Part shown: piece by piece, positions 25,838 to 40,075 of the stretch | Numbering within the stretch: the stretch's first letter is position 1 | Layout: every line of letters starts with the position of its first letter | NCBI RefSeq assembly: GCF_035084215.1 | Contig: NW_027139559.1 | Location: 2,418,001-2,482,000, forward strand | Length of the DNA stretch: 64,000 nt | Direction: 5' to 3' | Source of the DNA: Heptranchias perlo | Lineage: Eukaryota | Translations under genes and position numbers: made by a program | Notes under the pieces: generated by a model | What the model was told of the DNA's origin: nothing | What the model saw: only the letters and a program-made list of their open reading frames with translations | The model's database searches: none

Positions 25838-27508
25838 TTCACAGAATCATAGAATGCTTACAGCACAGAAGGAGGCCATTCGGCTCGTCGAGCCCGTGCC
25901 TGTTCTCTGCAAGAGCAATCCAGCTCGTCCCAATCCCCCGCCATTTCCCCGTAGTCCTGAAAATGTGTTCCCTTCAAGTACTTATCAAATTCCCTTTTGA
26001 AAACCACGATTGAATCTGCCTCGACCTCCCCCTCAGGCAGTGCATTCCACATCACAACCACTCGCTGTGTAAAAAAGTTATTCCTCCTGTCGCCTTTGTT
26101 TCTTTTGCCAATTATCTGAAATCTGTGTCCGCTGGTTCTCAAACCTTCCACCAATGGGATCAGTTTCTCTTTATCGACTCCGTCGAGACCTCACATGATT
26201 TTGAACACCGCAATGAAATATCCAATCAACCTTCTCTGCTCTAAGGTGAACAACCCCAGCTTCTCCAGTGCATACAAGTAACTGAAGTCCATCATCCATG
26301 GAACCATTCTTGTAATTCTTTTCTGCACCGCCTCCAAGGCATTGACATCCTTCGTAAATTGCGGTCCCCAGAATTGGACACACTACTCCTGTTGTGGCCG
26401 AACTAGTGTTTTGTAAAGGTTCATCATAACTTCAATGAAGTTTAGAGATTCCCGTAGCTGTGGATAGGATAACACCGGGGTAAACAGAGACAGAGCTAGA
26501 TACCCAAAATATTACGCATATTGTAGAGTCAAGGAAGCCATGTGACCAGGAAACAGAAAATGAGCGGGAACATTGATAATGACGTATGTAGATTTTCATG
26601 GACAGGCCACACTGACCTGCTGGCAGGTTGCCAAATTGGCTGCTGAGGCAGAAAAAAATAAGCAAACTAGCAGAGGCAAATACAGTCTATGTAAACCAAA
26701 TTATACAGCAAATCTCACCAAAATATTAACGTCTACAGTTGGGTAAAGAAAGTAGAAGACTGCATAGACAACCAAATCATAGAATCGTTACAGCACAGAA
26801 GGAGGCCATTCGGCCCTTCGAGCCTGTGCTGGCTCCTTGTAAGAGCAATCCAGTTAGTATCCCCAGCTCTTTTCCTGTAGCCCTGCAATTTTTTTCTCTT
26901 CAAATATTTATCCAATTCCTTTTTGAAAGTCGCGATTGAATCCGTCTCCACCATCCTTTCAGGCAGTGCATTCCTTATCATAACCACTCGCTGTGTAAAG
27001 AAGTTTTTCCTCACTTCATCTTTGGTTCTTTTGCCAATCACCTTAAATCTCTTTCCTCTGTTTCCCGACCCTTCTGCCAATGGGAACAGTTTCTCTGTAT
27101 TTACTTTATCTAAACCGGTCTTAAATTTAAACACTTCTATCAAATCTCGTGTCAACCTTCTCTTGTCTAATGAAAACAACCCCAGCTTCTCCAGTCTATC
27201 CACGTAACTGTAGTCCCTCCGCCCTGGGAACAATAGAGTAAATCTTTTCTGAACCCTATCTGAGGCCGTCACATCCGTCCTAAAGTGCGATGCCCAGAAT
27301 TGGGCACAATACTCCAGTTGTCACCGAACCAGTACTTGGTAAAGGCTCATCATAACCGGTTTGATGTTGTACTTTATGCCTGTATTTAAAAAGCCCTGAA
27401 TTCGTATGCTTTTTAACCGCTTTCTCAACCTGTCCTGCCACCTTCAAAGATTTGAGTACTCATAACTCCAGGCATTTCTGTTCCTGCGCCACCATTAGAA
27501 TTGTACCA
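25838..27508 (-). mobile_element. Two CR1 3'-end fragments (~25838-26430 and ~26775-27508)
   Basis: Antisense ORFs FFTQRVV.MWNALP and RLEKLGLFSL.KRRL..DLIEVFK; CATAGAAT tails. Confidence 0.85.
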
Positions 27509-27664
27509 CTGGGCAGTGAATCATTATTCCTAATTAACTTTAGCCATGGGACCGAATGCCATTGCACTCGATTCCCTGCTTGTTTCACACAGCAGAAATT
27601 ATTATTTGGATTGTGCATCCACGAACTAGGAATTCCACGGAACGGGCATCCAGAGTTAGCAAAC

Positions 27665-28111
27665 TCTTTAAATCATAAAAGAAGCAGTTGGGATTTCTAA
27701 GGAAGGGTGAGTGAGGAGAGTCGAAAATAGGGGTTAGGGTTAGGGTTAGGGTTAGGGTTAGGGTTAACCCTAACCCTAACCCTAACCCTAACCCTAACCC
27801 TAACCCTAATGCAACATTCTGCATAAATATTCCTTTGGATTGATGTGTTTGTTGACATTGGTGTTAGGGGTAAGCGTTGCAGGGGATGTCCCGAATTATG
27901 GTGCTAAAACAGGTAAGTTTAGCGTTAGTGCCAATATGAACAGAATACTGAGCAGGCACCTGCGGAGTGTGTCAGTGTTGCTGCCACTGGGTCTAGTAAT
28001 GACAAGGCTGATGTCAGTGAGAGAGAGTTCAGATATAAGTGAGACAGGAATTCGAATCTCCTAACTCACCCTTCCTTCGAAATCCCAACTGCTTCTTCTA
28101 TGATTTCAAGA
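27665..28111. repeat. Interstitial head-to-head telomeric palindrome (GGGTTA)6(ACCCTA)7 at 27731-27808, bracketed by ~60-bp inverted repeats
   Basis: Perfect telomere hexamers switch polarity at GGGTTAACCC (centre 27765/27766). 27665-27725 is the reverse complement of 28051-28111 with only a few mismatches. Confidence 0.9.
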
Positions 28112-28114
28112 TCT

Positions 28115-31100
28115 TTCTTCCACTGCCCCACCGGTAGACCATTCCCGTGAGTGGTCATTCTTTGTGGATAGAAGTGCTTTCGTACATCAGTCCTGAACTT
28201 GCCTTTTACCCGTTTCTACCTGTTTCTCATTGACCTGCAGTCGTGGTTTAACTTGAAGTCGAGCTCCGATTTAACCTTTCTTAGTCCACTAATACACCCG
28301 CCTCCTTTATAGACCAAATAATTCACCCTTTACGGGTCTTTGCTCATAACCCGGTCCTTGACAGTAGAGATGACCTCAGTGGCCCTTCTTTGCACGGTTC
28401 ACAGGGCTTGGACCATTCTGCTGCGCCCCAATAACCCGAACTGAAATCTGTATCCAAGGCGTGACTTGACCGGCTCACTATATAGAGTCAACGTGACAGT
28501 CTTTCAACTGTGCCTTGCTGAGATGGCAATGTAGCCCAGCATTCGGTTTCCTTCATAAATATGGTTCTGTTCTCTACTATATTTCAATGGGCCATTGTTC
28601 AGCTTTAGCACATGGCTGTAAACAATCGGCTGGGTACAGAGCAGAAAGGAAAATCAGGTAGGGATAATCACACACTGTTATTCTAGTCGGAGGAAAGTCG
28701 GACGGGTTCCTTTACCAAGGGACGATTCTTTCCGCCTGATTTTCCTCATTCCAACAGTGATACCGTAGGCCCAGACCCTGAAGACACAAACCTGCCGCCG
28801 ACCACCCCCATCTCTCTCAGCTTCTCCCTCACTGAGTTGTGCACCATCAAGTAAGCATGTTCTGCATTTTCCTTCCAATGTTAATTAGCTGAATTATATT
28901 TCATCTGTCGTAGTCCCGCCCACATTAAAATATTATTGAGGTTTTCCTGTAACTCACCGGATTTTTCTATTAGTCTCTACACCCCTTCTTTTTTCTGTGA
29001 TTTGGACCAACATACATTACTTTTTGAATTGGTGCCACTTATAAAGCTCAGGAAATGTAGAAATCTTGACTACCATCCCTGGGGCACTGCGCTAATCTTC
29101 TAACCCCTAAATCAGTCCCCAAACTACTATCTGCTGCTTACCCTCATCAAGACAATGGCTTACCCATCTCCAGGTTTTATCGATGATAAAAATGGAGAAG
29201 AAAACCGAGCCATGTGTAAAACAGGTTGTCGATTTGTTATAACCCGTCTTTCGCCCGGCAGTGAGTAAATATTGCTCGCCTCCAGTGAAGTTACTACAGA
29301 TTGTCATTAGGGAGAGGATGACTGAGCACGTGAACAAATATCACCTGTTCAGAGAGGGCCAGCACGGCTTTGTTAATGTAAGTCATGTCGGCCTAATCAA
29401 GTTGAATTTTGTGAGGAGGTCACTAATAAGGTAGACGTGGGAGTTTCTATCGATATTTTCTGTTTGGACTTCCAGAAGGCGTTCGATCAGGTTCCACACA
29501 GGAGATTATGAGAAAAAATAGGGGCGGACGGAATTGAAGGGAGCTCTTTGACATAGGTTGGAAATTGGATGGGAGATCGGAGACAGAGAGTGGGGCTAAA
29601 GGGTACGTATTTGAATTGACAGGGTCTGAGATGTGGTCTTCTCCAATGATCTATCTGTTTCTAGCTTCAACTTTTCACCATTGTTATTAATGGTGACGGA
29701 ATAGAAAGTTGTAAATCCATGTTTGCAGATGACACTAATTAGGAGGAACAGTAAGTAGTGCAGATGGGAGCAGGGCGTTGAAAAGCGACATAGGCAGAAT
29801 AAGTGAGTGGGAAAACTGTGACAGATGGAGTTCAATGTGAGCAAGTGGACACAAGAAAGATAAATCGTAGAATTGTCTAAATCGTGGGAAACTAGGAACT
29901 GTAGAAGCGCATAGAGATTTGAGATTTCAAGTACACCAATCATTAAATGCTGGGGGAGAGTTACAAGAAATAATCGAAACGGTTTATGAGTTTTGGCTAT
30001 TTCTCAAGGAGGCTGGAATACAGAGGGGAGCAAGTTACGCCTCAATTATACAGACCCGTGATGTCAGTATCGGTGTACCAGGCAGAATAACCATAGTAAG
30101 ATTTTATAATATATGCCCACATATTAGTACACATTCTGCAATGGCTATATAAGGTCAGGACTGGAGTATTCCAGACAATACCTCATGAACCGTCCATGAG
30201 AAAAGGTAAGAAATATACTGCAGAAAGTATATAGTAGATAAAATACACTGGAGCTCACGGGGACCTTCAACCCTGAAGGAGTCATTGGTCTGTGAGCATT
30301 GGCACCGGTATCTCACATGCACTGCGTTTAAGGGCTAGTGATTTATTATCTGATTGAGTTGATTTAATAACAGTTATTAACCAGACGTTTCCGTGTTTCT
30401 TAGTCCTCTAAAACATCTCGACTTGTGGGGGAGTCTAAAACTAGGGGTCGTAAATATAATCGTAAATATAATAGTAAATCCAACAAGGAATTCGGGAGAA
30501 AGTTCTTACTCAAGCAGTGGTGAGAATGTGGAACTCGCTACCACCGGGAGTGGTTGAGGTGAACAGCATAGATGCATTTAAGGGGAACCTAGATAAGGAT
30601 ATGAGGGAGTCAGGAATATATTGATTGGGTGAGATCAAGAGAGGTGCAAGGATGCTCCTGTGGAGCATAAATACCGGCCGAGACCAATTGGGTCGAATGG
30701 CTTGTTTCTGAACTGTACATTCTATGTAATTCTATGTAATAAAGTTCAATATTCCATTCGCCTTTTGGTTGATTTTTGTACCCGTTAACTAGGTTTAAAT
30801 GATTGGTATACTTGGATTCCCAAATCTCTTTGATCCTCTACAGTTCCTAATCTCTCAATATTTAGAAAATGTTCCGATTTATCTTTCTTGGTAAACTCCC
30901 ACTCGCCAACATTGAAATCCACCTGCCATAGTTTTGCCCACTTATTAATCTGTCGTCGTCGCCATGTAACTTTCTGTTCTCACCCACACAACTTCCTGTC
31001 CCTCATCATTAATGTCATCTGCAGATTTGGATATACAACTCCTATTCCTTCATCCAAGTCATTAATAAAGGTGGTGAAACGTTGAGGCCCCAGAAAAGAT

Positions 31101-34100
31101 CCCTGAGCCACATCACTTATCAGATCCTGTCAATCTGATCACATGCCTTGGTGAGGTACCGCATTGTAAACTCATGGCTAAGGTCAGAGCATGTGGAGTC
31201 AGGGGGCAGGTAGCAGAACGGATTGCAAGTTGGCTACAAAACGGGAAACATAGAATAGGGGTTTAATGTTTACCCCTCAGGCTGGCAAACGGTGGGAAGT
31301 GGTGTTCCACAGGTATCAGTACTGGGACAACTGTTGTTCACAATTTGAATTAATGCTTCGAATCCAGGAATCGGGAGCACAATTTCAAAATTTACGGACG
31401 ACATCAAATTGGGGGGTTGTGGATAACACAAATGAAGAATGCGTCAAAATTCAAAAGGACATTAATAAACTCGCGAAAGGGTGTGTAATTGGCAAATCAA
31501 TTTCAATATTGATAAGTGTGAGGCGATGCATATTGGCAGGAAGAATAAGGAGGCCACATACTGCTTGGACAGTAAGGGTTTAAATGGGGTAGAGGAGCAA
31601 AGGGTTGTAGGGGTACAGATACACATATTACTAAATGTAGCGACACAACTTGACAAGGCCATAAAAAGGCAAATAAAGCACGAGGGTTTATTCGAGAGGG
31701 ATAGAATTGTAAAGCAGAGACGTTATGTTAAACTTGTATCGAACCTTGATTAGAACTTGGAGCATTGTGCACATTTCTGGTCTCCATATTATAAAAAGGA
31801 TATAGAGGCATTGGAGAAGGTGCAAAAAAGATTCACAAGAACTATACAAGAACTGAACAGATATCCTTATCAGGAAAGGCTGAACAGACCCTCTACAGAA
31901 AAAAGGCTGAGGGGTGAACTGATACAAGTCTTTAAGATAATGATGGGGTTTGAAAGAATTGAACAGTAGAAAATGTTTACTCTTGTCGGGGAGTCCAAAA
32001 CTAGAAAACATAAATGTAAAATTGTCATTAATAAATCCAATAGGGAATTCAGGAGAAACTTATTTACCTAAAGAGTAGTAAGAATGTGGAACGCGCTACC
32101 ACAAGGAGGAGTTGAGGCATCGAAGCATTTAAGGTTAAGCTAGATAAGCACATGAGCAGTAATGGAATAGAAGGGTATCCAGAAAAACTTAGATGGATTC
32201 GGGAGGGAGGAAGCTCATGTGGAGACTAAGCACCAGCCCAGTTGGACCGAATGGCCTGTTTCTTTGCTGTAATGTCCATTTAACTCAACTGTACTTGATC
32301 AGCGACCGCATGAAAAAAATTATGTCGATTATCCAAATGGGGATTACCCTTAACAAAGCCACGCTTGTTCGCCCTGAACGTCTGATATTTGTTCACGTGC
32401 TCATTCATTCTATCCCTAATGAGAGACTCTGGTAACTTTCGCCGTTCCTTCATTGTCGCTGGGTCAAAATCCTGGAACTCCCTTCCTAACAGCACTGTGG
32501 GAGAACCGTCACCACACGGACTGCAGCGGTTCAAGAAGGCGGCTCACCACCACCTTCTCAAGGGCAATTCGGGATGGGCAATAAATGCCGGCCTTGCCAG
32601 CGACGCCCACATCCCGTGAACGAATAAAAAAAAACTTCTTCACAACTGATGTTAAACTGCAAGCTTTGCAGTTTCCTGGTTTCTCTCTCTCAGCCCTCTG
32701 AAATAATGAATTGACATCAGCAATTTCCAATCTATCTGCACAATTACCGAACCAAGAGAGCTTTGAAAGATTATGACTAACGCTTCTGCATTCTCCTCAC
32801 CTACTTATTATAATTCCCTGGGCAGGAAACTATCGGGTCCAGGTGATTTATCTGTCCTAAATCCCATTATTTCCTGCATACCTTTTTTTTTACCAATATT
32901 GAATATAATAAGATGCACCTCTTGAATTTTTTTTAGTTTTCCTTCTATCACTGATATTTTATTCTCTTCCTGTACTGTGAACACGGACACAAAGTGCTCG
33001 TTTAATAAATCTGCCATTAACTTGTAACCTATTACAATATTAGTTCCATCTGTCTTTAATGGCTTACATCTCCATTAGTCACATTTTTACTCTGAATATG
33101 TTCATACAATCATTTACTATTAGCCTTCATATTACTTGCAAGTTTTTCTATATACCTTTTAACCAGATCTTCATATTTTCTTTGTGTCCTTTTGTTTTTT
33201 TTCCTGTATTGCTCCCAGTCTGCTGGATTACAACCTTTCTGGGCATTGATGTAAGGTTAATATCCTACAACCGTGTTAGCAGTGAAACGTGCTTCATTAA
33301 TTGTACAGACCAGCTCAGTCAAGGCAATAAGGAAACATTGAGTTGAAAAGGGGGGGAGGGGTCAGGTGAGAGGGAATTTAGAAATCTAAATAGATAAGTC
33401 AAGGCAATGGAGCAGTGGGGTGATTTGGGTAAAGATAAGCAGAGTGTGACATGAAGGGATGGAGAGTTTAACGGTAATAGCGCGACAGCGAATAATGTCA
33501 AAGCAGGGAAAATGGTAAAATCTTAAAATTAAAGGCGCTTTATCAGAATACATGAAACATTCGTAACAAGACAGAGGCTGAGGGGGGACATGATTGAGTT
33601 GTACAAAATTATGAGGGGCACAGATAGGATGGATACTAAGGAGCTTTTTCCCTTCGTTGAGGGTTCTATAACAAGGGGACATAGATTCAAGGTAAAAGGC
33701 GGGAGGTTTAGAGGGGATTTGAGAAAGAACTTTTTCACCCAGAGGGTGGTTGGAGTCTGGAACTCACTGCCTGAAAGGGTTGTGGAGGCAGGAACCCTCA
33801 CAACATTCAAGAAGCATTTGGATGAGCACTTGAAATGCCATAGCATACAAGGCTACGGACCAAATGCTGGAATATGGGATTAGAGTAGACAGGGCTGATG
33901 GCCGGCGCGGACACGATGGGCCGAAGGGCCTCTATCCGTGCTGTACAACTCTATGACTCTATGACTCTATGAATTAGTGCCGCAAAAAGGGATAAATGGA
34001 TTTGATCTAATAGCTATTACAGAGACGTGGTTGCAAGGTGTCCAGGGTTGGGAACAAAATTTTCCAGTGGACTTGACGTTTCGAAAAGACAGACAGAATG

Positions 34101-37100
34101 GAAACGGAGGGGTGGGTGTAGCCCTGATAATAATGGATGACATAAGGAGAGTGGTGAGAAAGGATCTTGGCTCAGGAGATCGGGAATTTGAAACAGTATG
34201 GGTGGAAATATGAAATAACAAGGGGCAGAAAACATTGTTGGGTATAGTTTATAGGCCCACTAATAGTAGCTATACGTTTGACAGAGGATTAATCAACAAA
34301 TAAGAGGAACTTGAAACAAAGGGAATGCAATAATCGTGGGGGACTTTAATCTTCATATAGACTGGAGAAATCAAATTGGCAAAGGTAGTCTGGAGGATGA
34401 GTTCATGGAATGTATTCGAGGCAGTTTGTTAGAACAATACATCATGGAACCAACCAGGGAACAGACTACTTCATTACATTCAGATGCGCAGTGGTGTGAA
34501 GTGTTTCGGGCTTTGCATTAGTTGTGAAAGGGCCAGTGCAATGTTGGGGGTTAATGTGAAGAGTGCCCTCCGGGAGGGAGTATGTTTGCAGCGGGTGAGA
34601 TTGTCAATACATTAAATTACAGTGGCTAAACCAGCTCCAAATGGCAGCACCAGTCACAGTATAACTACAGCTCAATGAGGAGCACGGTTTAAAGATGCCC
34701 AATTGTAGAACTCCTGCCCGCTTTATTCTAAAATTACAAAGTATCTACCAGAGGCCAGGAGCTCACGCAGTATCCTTTTGTCCATGATTATTGAGCAAGA
34801 TCCAAGCGGCTGTGTCTCTCACTCAGCGAGCTGTAAATCACCCCACACATGGTGATCTGACACTGCTGCCTGTCGTATCATTGTACTCAGTGACTCCTCC
34901 TAGTTTTACTTCCTAAAAGTTATATGAAAACCTCAGTCTATATGTAGCACGGGGCAGACCCGATCTTTGATGTTGCGGCTCCCTCAAGCACAACAGGTGT
35001 TTAATAATTGAGACTGGAACTGAAGAAAATGAGCGGAGCAAACGCCTCCCTGTAACATTGCTCCACTACTTAACTGGGGAGACACACGTTTAAAATAAAC
35101 TAATCAACATTTGTGCTAAAATAGCGAACAAAAGAAACGCTTCCCAGTGCTCAAAATGCTGATTCGCAAAAGACAACAACACCAAAATCAAGGCCGTGAT
35201 GTCAGGTGGAATTAATGCTCATGATATCAGCTATCAGAACTCGGACTGAGTTGATCTTAGTAATAATCAAAGAGAGCCAGCATGCAGTTGTAAAGTGTAG
35301 TTCACGCATGAGGAATCTGATTGAATTTGTTGAAGAAGTGTCTAAAATAGTGGACAGCGGAATATCTCTATGACGGTTGTTGATATCGACTTCCAGAAGA
35401 CATTCGACAAAATCCCTCATAAGAGACTGTTAGCTGAAGTTGAAGCTCAGGGAATTGAGGGAAAATTATTGACCTGGTTAGGAATTTTTCTGAGGGGCAG
35501 GAGACAGACAGTTGGTATAATGGGCAGGTACTCAAATTGGCAGGATGTGACTCGTGGCCTCCCACAGGGATTTGTGTTGGGGCCTCAGCTATTCACTGTA
35601 ATTATTAACGGCTCAGATGACGGGATAGAGAGCCACATATCCAAATTTGTCGACGGAAAAAAAGATAGGCAAGATAGCAGTATCGATGGAAGCATAAAAT
35701 TACAGAGAGTTATTGATGTATTAAGTGAATGGGCAAAACTGTGGCACATGGATTTCGTTATAAGCAATTGTGAGGTCATCCACTTTGGACCCAAAAAGAA
35801 TGGATCAGAGTACTTTCTAAATAGTTAAAAGCTCGAAATAGTGGAGCTCCAAAGAGACTTACGGATACATATGCAGAAATCATTAAAATACAGGAAATAA
35901 TCAAAAAGTTTAATGGAGTTCTGGCCCTTATATCTTGACGATTGAATACCAGGCCGGTAGAAGTTATGATGCAGTTGTACTTAGTTCTGGGTGAGACCAC
36001 GCCTGAACTATTGTGTTCGGTTCTGGTCAGCGCACCTTCGGCAGGATATATTGGCCAAGGTGGGAGTGCAGCGTAGATTGACTAGAACGATACCTGGACT
36101 CCAAGGGTTAAATTTCGATGAGAGGTTACACAAACTAGGGTTGTATTACCTGAAATTTAGAATGCTAAGGGGTGATTTGATCGAAGATTTCAAGATATTT
36201 TGGGGATTTGATAGGATAGATAAAGAGGAATTATGTCCGCTGGTTGGCGAGCTTAGGATTAGGGGCATAACATAAAAACTGGACTTTCAGGAATGAAGAT
36301 AGGAAACGCTTCTACACGCAAAGGGTGGTTTAAGTTTGGAACTCTCTGCCGCAAACGGCAGTTGATGATTGCTCAATTGTGAATTTTGAATCTGAGATTG
36401 ACAGATTTTTGTTAACCAAAGTGATTCAGTGATTTGGGACTAAGGCAGCTCTATGGGGTTACGTCACAGATCAGCCATGATTTCTTTGAATGGCTGAACA
36501 GGCTGGACGGCCGAAATGGCCTACTCCTGTTCCTCGGTTCCTATTTTCCTAATTAGATCCTAAATAATTGTCATGCTGTGAATACTGCTTTGGTCCAGTA
36601 ATACTTTCATGTTGCCAGGCCAATAAGCTCTAGTCGATGACCCATATTTTGATGACAAAGGTTATGAGTGATAATCTCCAGTCGATGACCCATATTTTGA
36701 TGATATGGTTCATGACTGTGGAGTGAATCGAATAACTGGACCCTCGTTCCAGCGATTATCGATCACAAACAATTTGGATGGTGAAGTCTGGGGAGATCAT
36801 CGGGGAATTTTCCCGCTCCGGGAGCACGTATCGAAACATTTCCAGTCAGTGAAGTAATTAAATTCATAGATGACAGCAAGCTCGGAGAGTTATGGAATTA
36901 GCTTATGCAGCCAAAATATTACATTGAATGCGCTCCGCGGTCTGCACATAATATATAGAAATATATAAAAGTTGCAACATGGAAACAGACCGTTAGACCC
37001 AGCCAGACTGTGTCGCCGATTGCCCTCCAAGCAAACAATTAGTTCTTATCACATTTACCCACCCGGTTTCCACCTCGCTAAAACCGCATTCCTGCCTCCA

Positions 37101-37955
37101 CCTGTCCAATCTAATCGTGAATGTTGACATAGAAGATCCTGGCTCAACCACGAACCCTGGAAGTGAATTCCACAGCCTGCTGTGTGATGGAGTTTCTCCT
37201 GCCCTCTGTTCCAAATCTCTTACTTTTAATCCTTTATCTGTGGGTACTCGTCTTGATTGCTCAACCATGTAAACAATCTGTTTCTGTCTACCCTGTCCCA
37301 TTATTCCATCAATGTAAACACTTCTATTATATCGCCCCATAATCGAAGATGTTCGAACGAAAAAAAAAAAAATTTCAAACTTTGTTAAAATTTATATTTC
37401 CTCATACAAAGCAGCATCCCAGTCAGTCTGTGTTGTAATATTCTTCCTATAGTGTGGAGCCCAATACTGCACACAGTATCCTAACTGAGGTCTTATTTAG
37501 ATTTTATAGGCTCATCATCACCTATTGGCTTTCATATTATCTACATCTTATAATAAACCTAGAATTCCATTAGCTTTTCTCTAGCCTGATCAACATGAGG
37601 TGCTGCCATTAATGTCCTGTGAACCCGTGTCCCCAAATCCCTCTTCTTCCACAGCACTGAGCCTGCTTCCATTCAGAGTATAATTGCGACTGTTTTTCTT
37701 TACAAAAAATTATCAACTCACACTTGCTGATAATGAATTCCATCTGCCACCATTCGGCCCATTCTCCCATTTTATTAATATCCCTTTGAAGCTTCTTTTG
37801 GTCTCCGAAATAATTATCTGTACTCCTATTTTGGTCTCATGCTCCAATTTCGACACCACTTTCTCCAGGCCTAGATCCCGATCATTGGTATACGTGGTGA
37901 ATGGAAGTGTCCCCAGAACCGAATCCTGTGGGATATCACTACCAACTTCCAACCC
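28115..37955. mobile_element. Nested field of mostly old CR1 fragments in both orientations, including a young CR1 3' end (~33574-33970, +) and a poly(A) LINE 3' end (~32436-32633, +)
   Basis: ORF fragments with DFQKTFDKIPH, GLPQGFVLGP, CAHFWSPYYKKDI, AITETWL and MGDFNLHIDW. ORF 33590..33883 matches the C-terminus of the 9449-11309 family. Confidence 0.8.
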
Positions 37956-39527
37956 TTCTGAATATAGTGAGCTCTCTGTGGGACATCGCTACCCACATCC
38001 AATCACTCTAACTATAGTGAGCTCTCTGAAACGAATTCTGTGGGATATCACCACCCACTTCCAACCACTTTAACTATAGTGAGCTCTCTGAACTGAATTC
38101 TGTGGGATATCACTACACACTCCCTACCACTCTGCATACATTCAGCTCTCTGTGGGATATCACTACTCACTTCCAACTACTCTGAATATAGTGAGGTCTG
38201 TGTGGGATATCACTACCAACTTCCAACCACGCTGAATATAGTTAGCTCTGTGAACCGAATTCTGTGGGATATCACGACCCACTTCCAAACCCTCCGAATA
38301 TAGTGAGCTCTCCGAACCGAATCCTTTGGGGTATCACAACCCACTTCCAAACCCTCTGAATATGGTGAGCTCTCTGTGGGACATTGCTACCCACTTCTAA
38401 CCACTCTGAATATAGTGCGCTCTCTGAACCGAATCCTGTGGGTTATCACCATCCACTTCCAATCCCTCTGAATATATTGAGCTCTCTGTGGGATATCACT
38501 ACCCACTTCCTACTACTCTGAATATAGTGAGCTCTCTGTGGGACATCGCTACCCACATCCAACCACTCTAAATATACTGAGCTCTGTGAACTGAATTCTG
38601 TGAGATATCACTACCCACTCCCTACCACTCTGCATATATTGAGCTCTCTGTGGGATATCACTACCCACTTCCTACTACTCTGAATATAGTGAGCTCTCTG
38701 TGGGATATCACTACCCACTTCCAATCCCTCTGAATATAGTGAGCTCTCTGTGGGACATCGCTACCCACATCCAACCACTCTGAACATACTGAGCTCTCTG
38801 AACTGAATTCTGTGGGATATCACCACCCACTCCCTACCACTTCTGCATATATTGAGCTCTCTGTGGGACATCACTACCCACTTCCAACCACTCTGAATAT
38901 AGTGAGCTCTCCGAACCGAATCCTTTGGGATATCACTACACACTTCCAACCCCTCTGAATATGGTGAGCTCTCTGTGGGACATTGCTACCCACCTCTAAC
39001 CACTCTGAATATAGTGCGCTCTCTGAACCGAATCCTGTGGGTTATCACCATCCACTTCCAACCCCTCTGAATATAGTGAGCTCTCTGTGGGACATTGCTA
39101 CCCACCTCTAACCATCTGAATATAGTGCGCTCTCTGAACCGAATCCTGTGGGTTATCACCATCCACTTCCAACCCCTCTGAATATAGTGAGCTCTCTGTG
39201 GGACATTGCTACCCACATCCAACCACTCTAAATATATTGAGCTCTGTGAACTGAATTCTGTGAGATATCACGACCCACTCCCTACCACTCTGCATATATT
39301 GAGCTCTCTGTGGGATATCACTACCCACTTCCAACCCCTCTGAATATAGTGAGCTCTCCGAACCGAATCCTTTGGGATATCACTACCCACTTCCAACCCC
39401 TCTGAATATTGTGAGCTCTCTGTGGGACATCGCTCCCCACTTCCAACCACCCTGAATATAGTGAGCTCTCTTAACTGAATTCTGTGGGATGTCACCACCC
39501 ACTTCCAACCCCTCTGAATATGGTGAG
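37955..39527. repeat. GAGCT-containing minisatellite (50/61-bp units) derived from an antisense CR1 RT segment
   Basis: Unit TCTGAATATAGTGAGCTCTCTG(AACCGAATCCTG)TGGGATATCACTACCCACTTCCAACCAC. It continues directly from the CR1 fragment ending ~37955, and the minus strand reads LEVGSDIPQDS. Confidence 0.9.
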
Positions 39528-40075
39528 TTCCCTTATTCCTATCTTCTAATCGTTTTTATTCCCGTTTGCTCTCCTCTCCTTATATCTATACTTCTTATCT
39601 TTACATAATTTCCAATGTATTAACTTGTTGAATGCTTCCTTAAAGCCCATGTACATTGCAAACTGGATTACTAAATGTCAAGAGACCACATCGCAAACCA
39701 AACTGCAGGTCTCGTTCTATTAATGCGGCTGATGCGAAGTTTGTCACCGTAAAATATTATAGTGATAATTATTTGAGTGTGCGCTTGTTTTCTGCTTTCG
39801 CTGTGTTAAACTGCCATTTCAGCGCGGATATTATTATTAATACAGCATTAAAGTGTCACCCAATTATTACACTGGGAGAAGTCTGGAAGCACAATTCACA
39901 TGGATGCGAAAATCCCAACAAAGTTCCCATGAAGCGTGTGCTCCATAACTCTACTGATCTCTTCATGTTAATTGGATGAAGATTCCTCTAGTGTGACTAT
40001 GAATATAGGGGACACGATGCAACACATCACAAACCGCGAGCTATACTCACTGCGAATGGTCTCTCACTCTGCCCT

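Noticed and set aside
27511-28128. GGGCAGTG...CACTGCCC as outer TIRs of the telomeric element
   Set aside because: Only 8 bp, no TSD, and the right copy is explained by an adjacent antisense CR1 3' fragment.
36627-36720. ~48-bp two-copy tandem duplication
   Set aside because: Simple local duplication with no sign of function.
37955-39527. Repeat arrays as CRISPR-like arrays
   Set aside because: Vertebrate DNA; units are fully repeated with no unique spacers and no cas genes.
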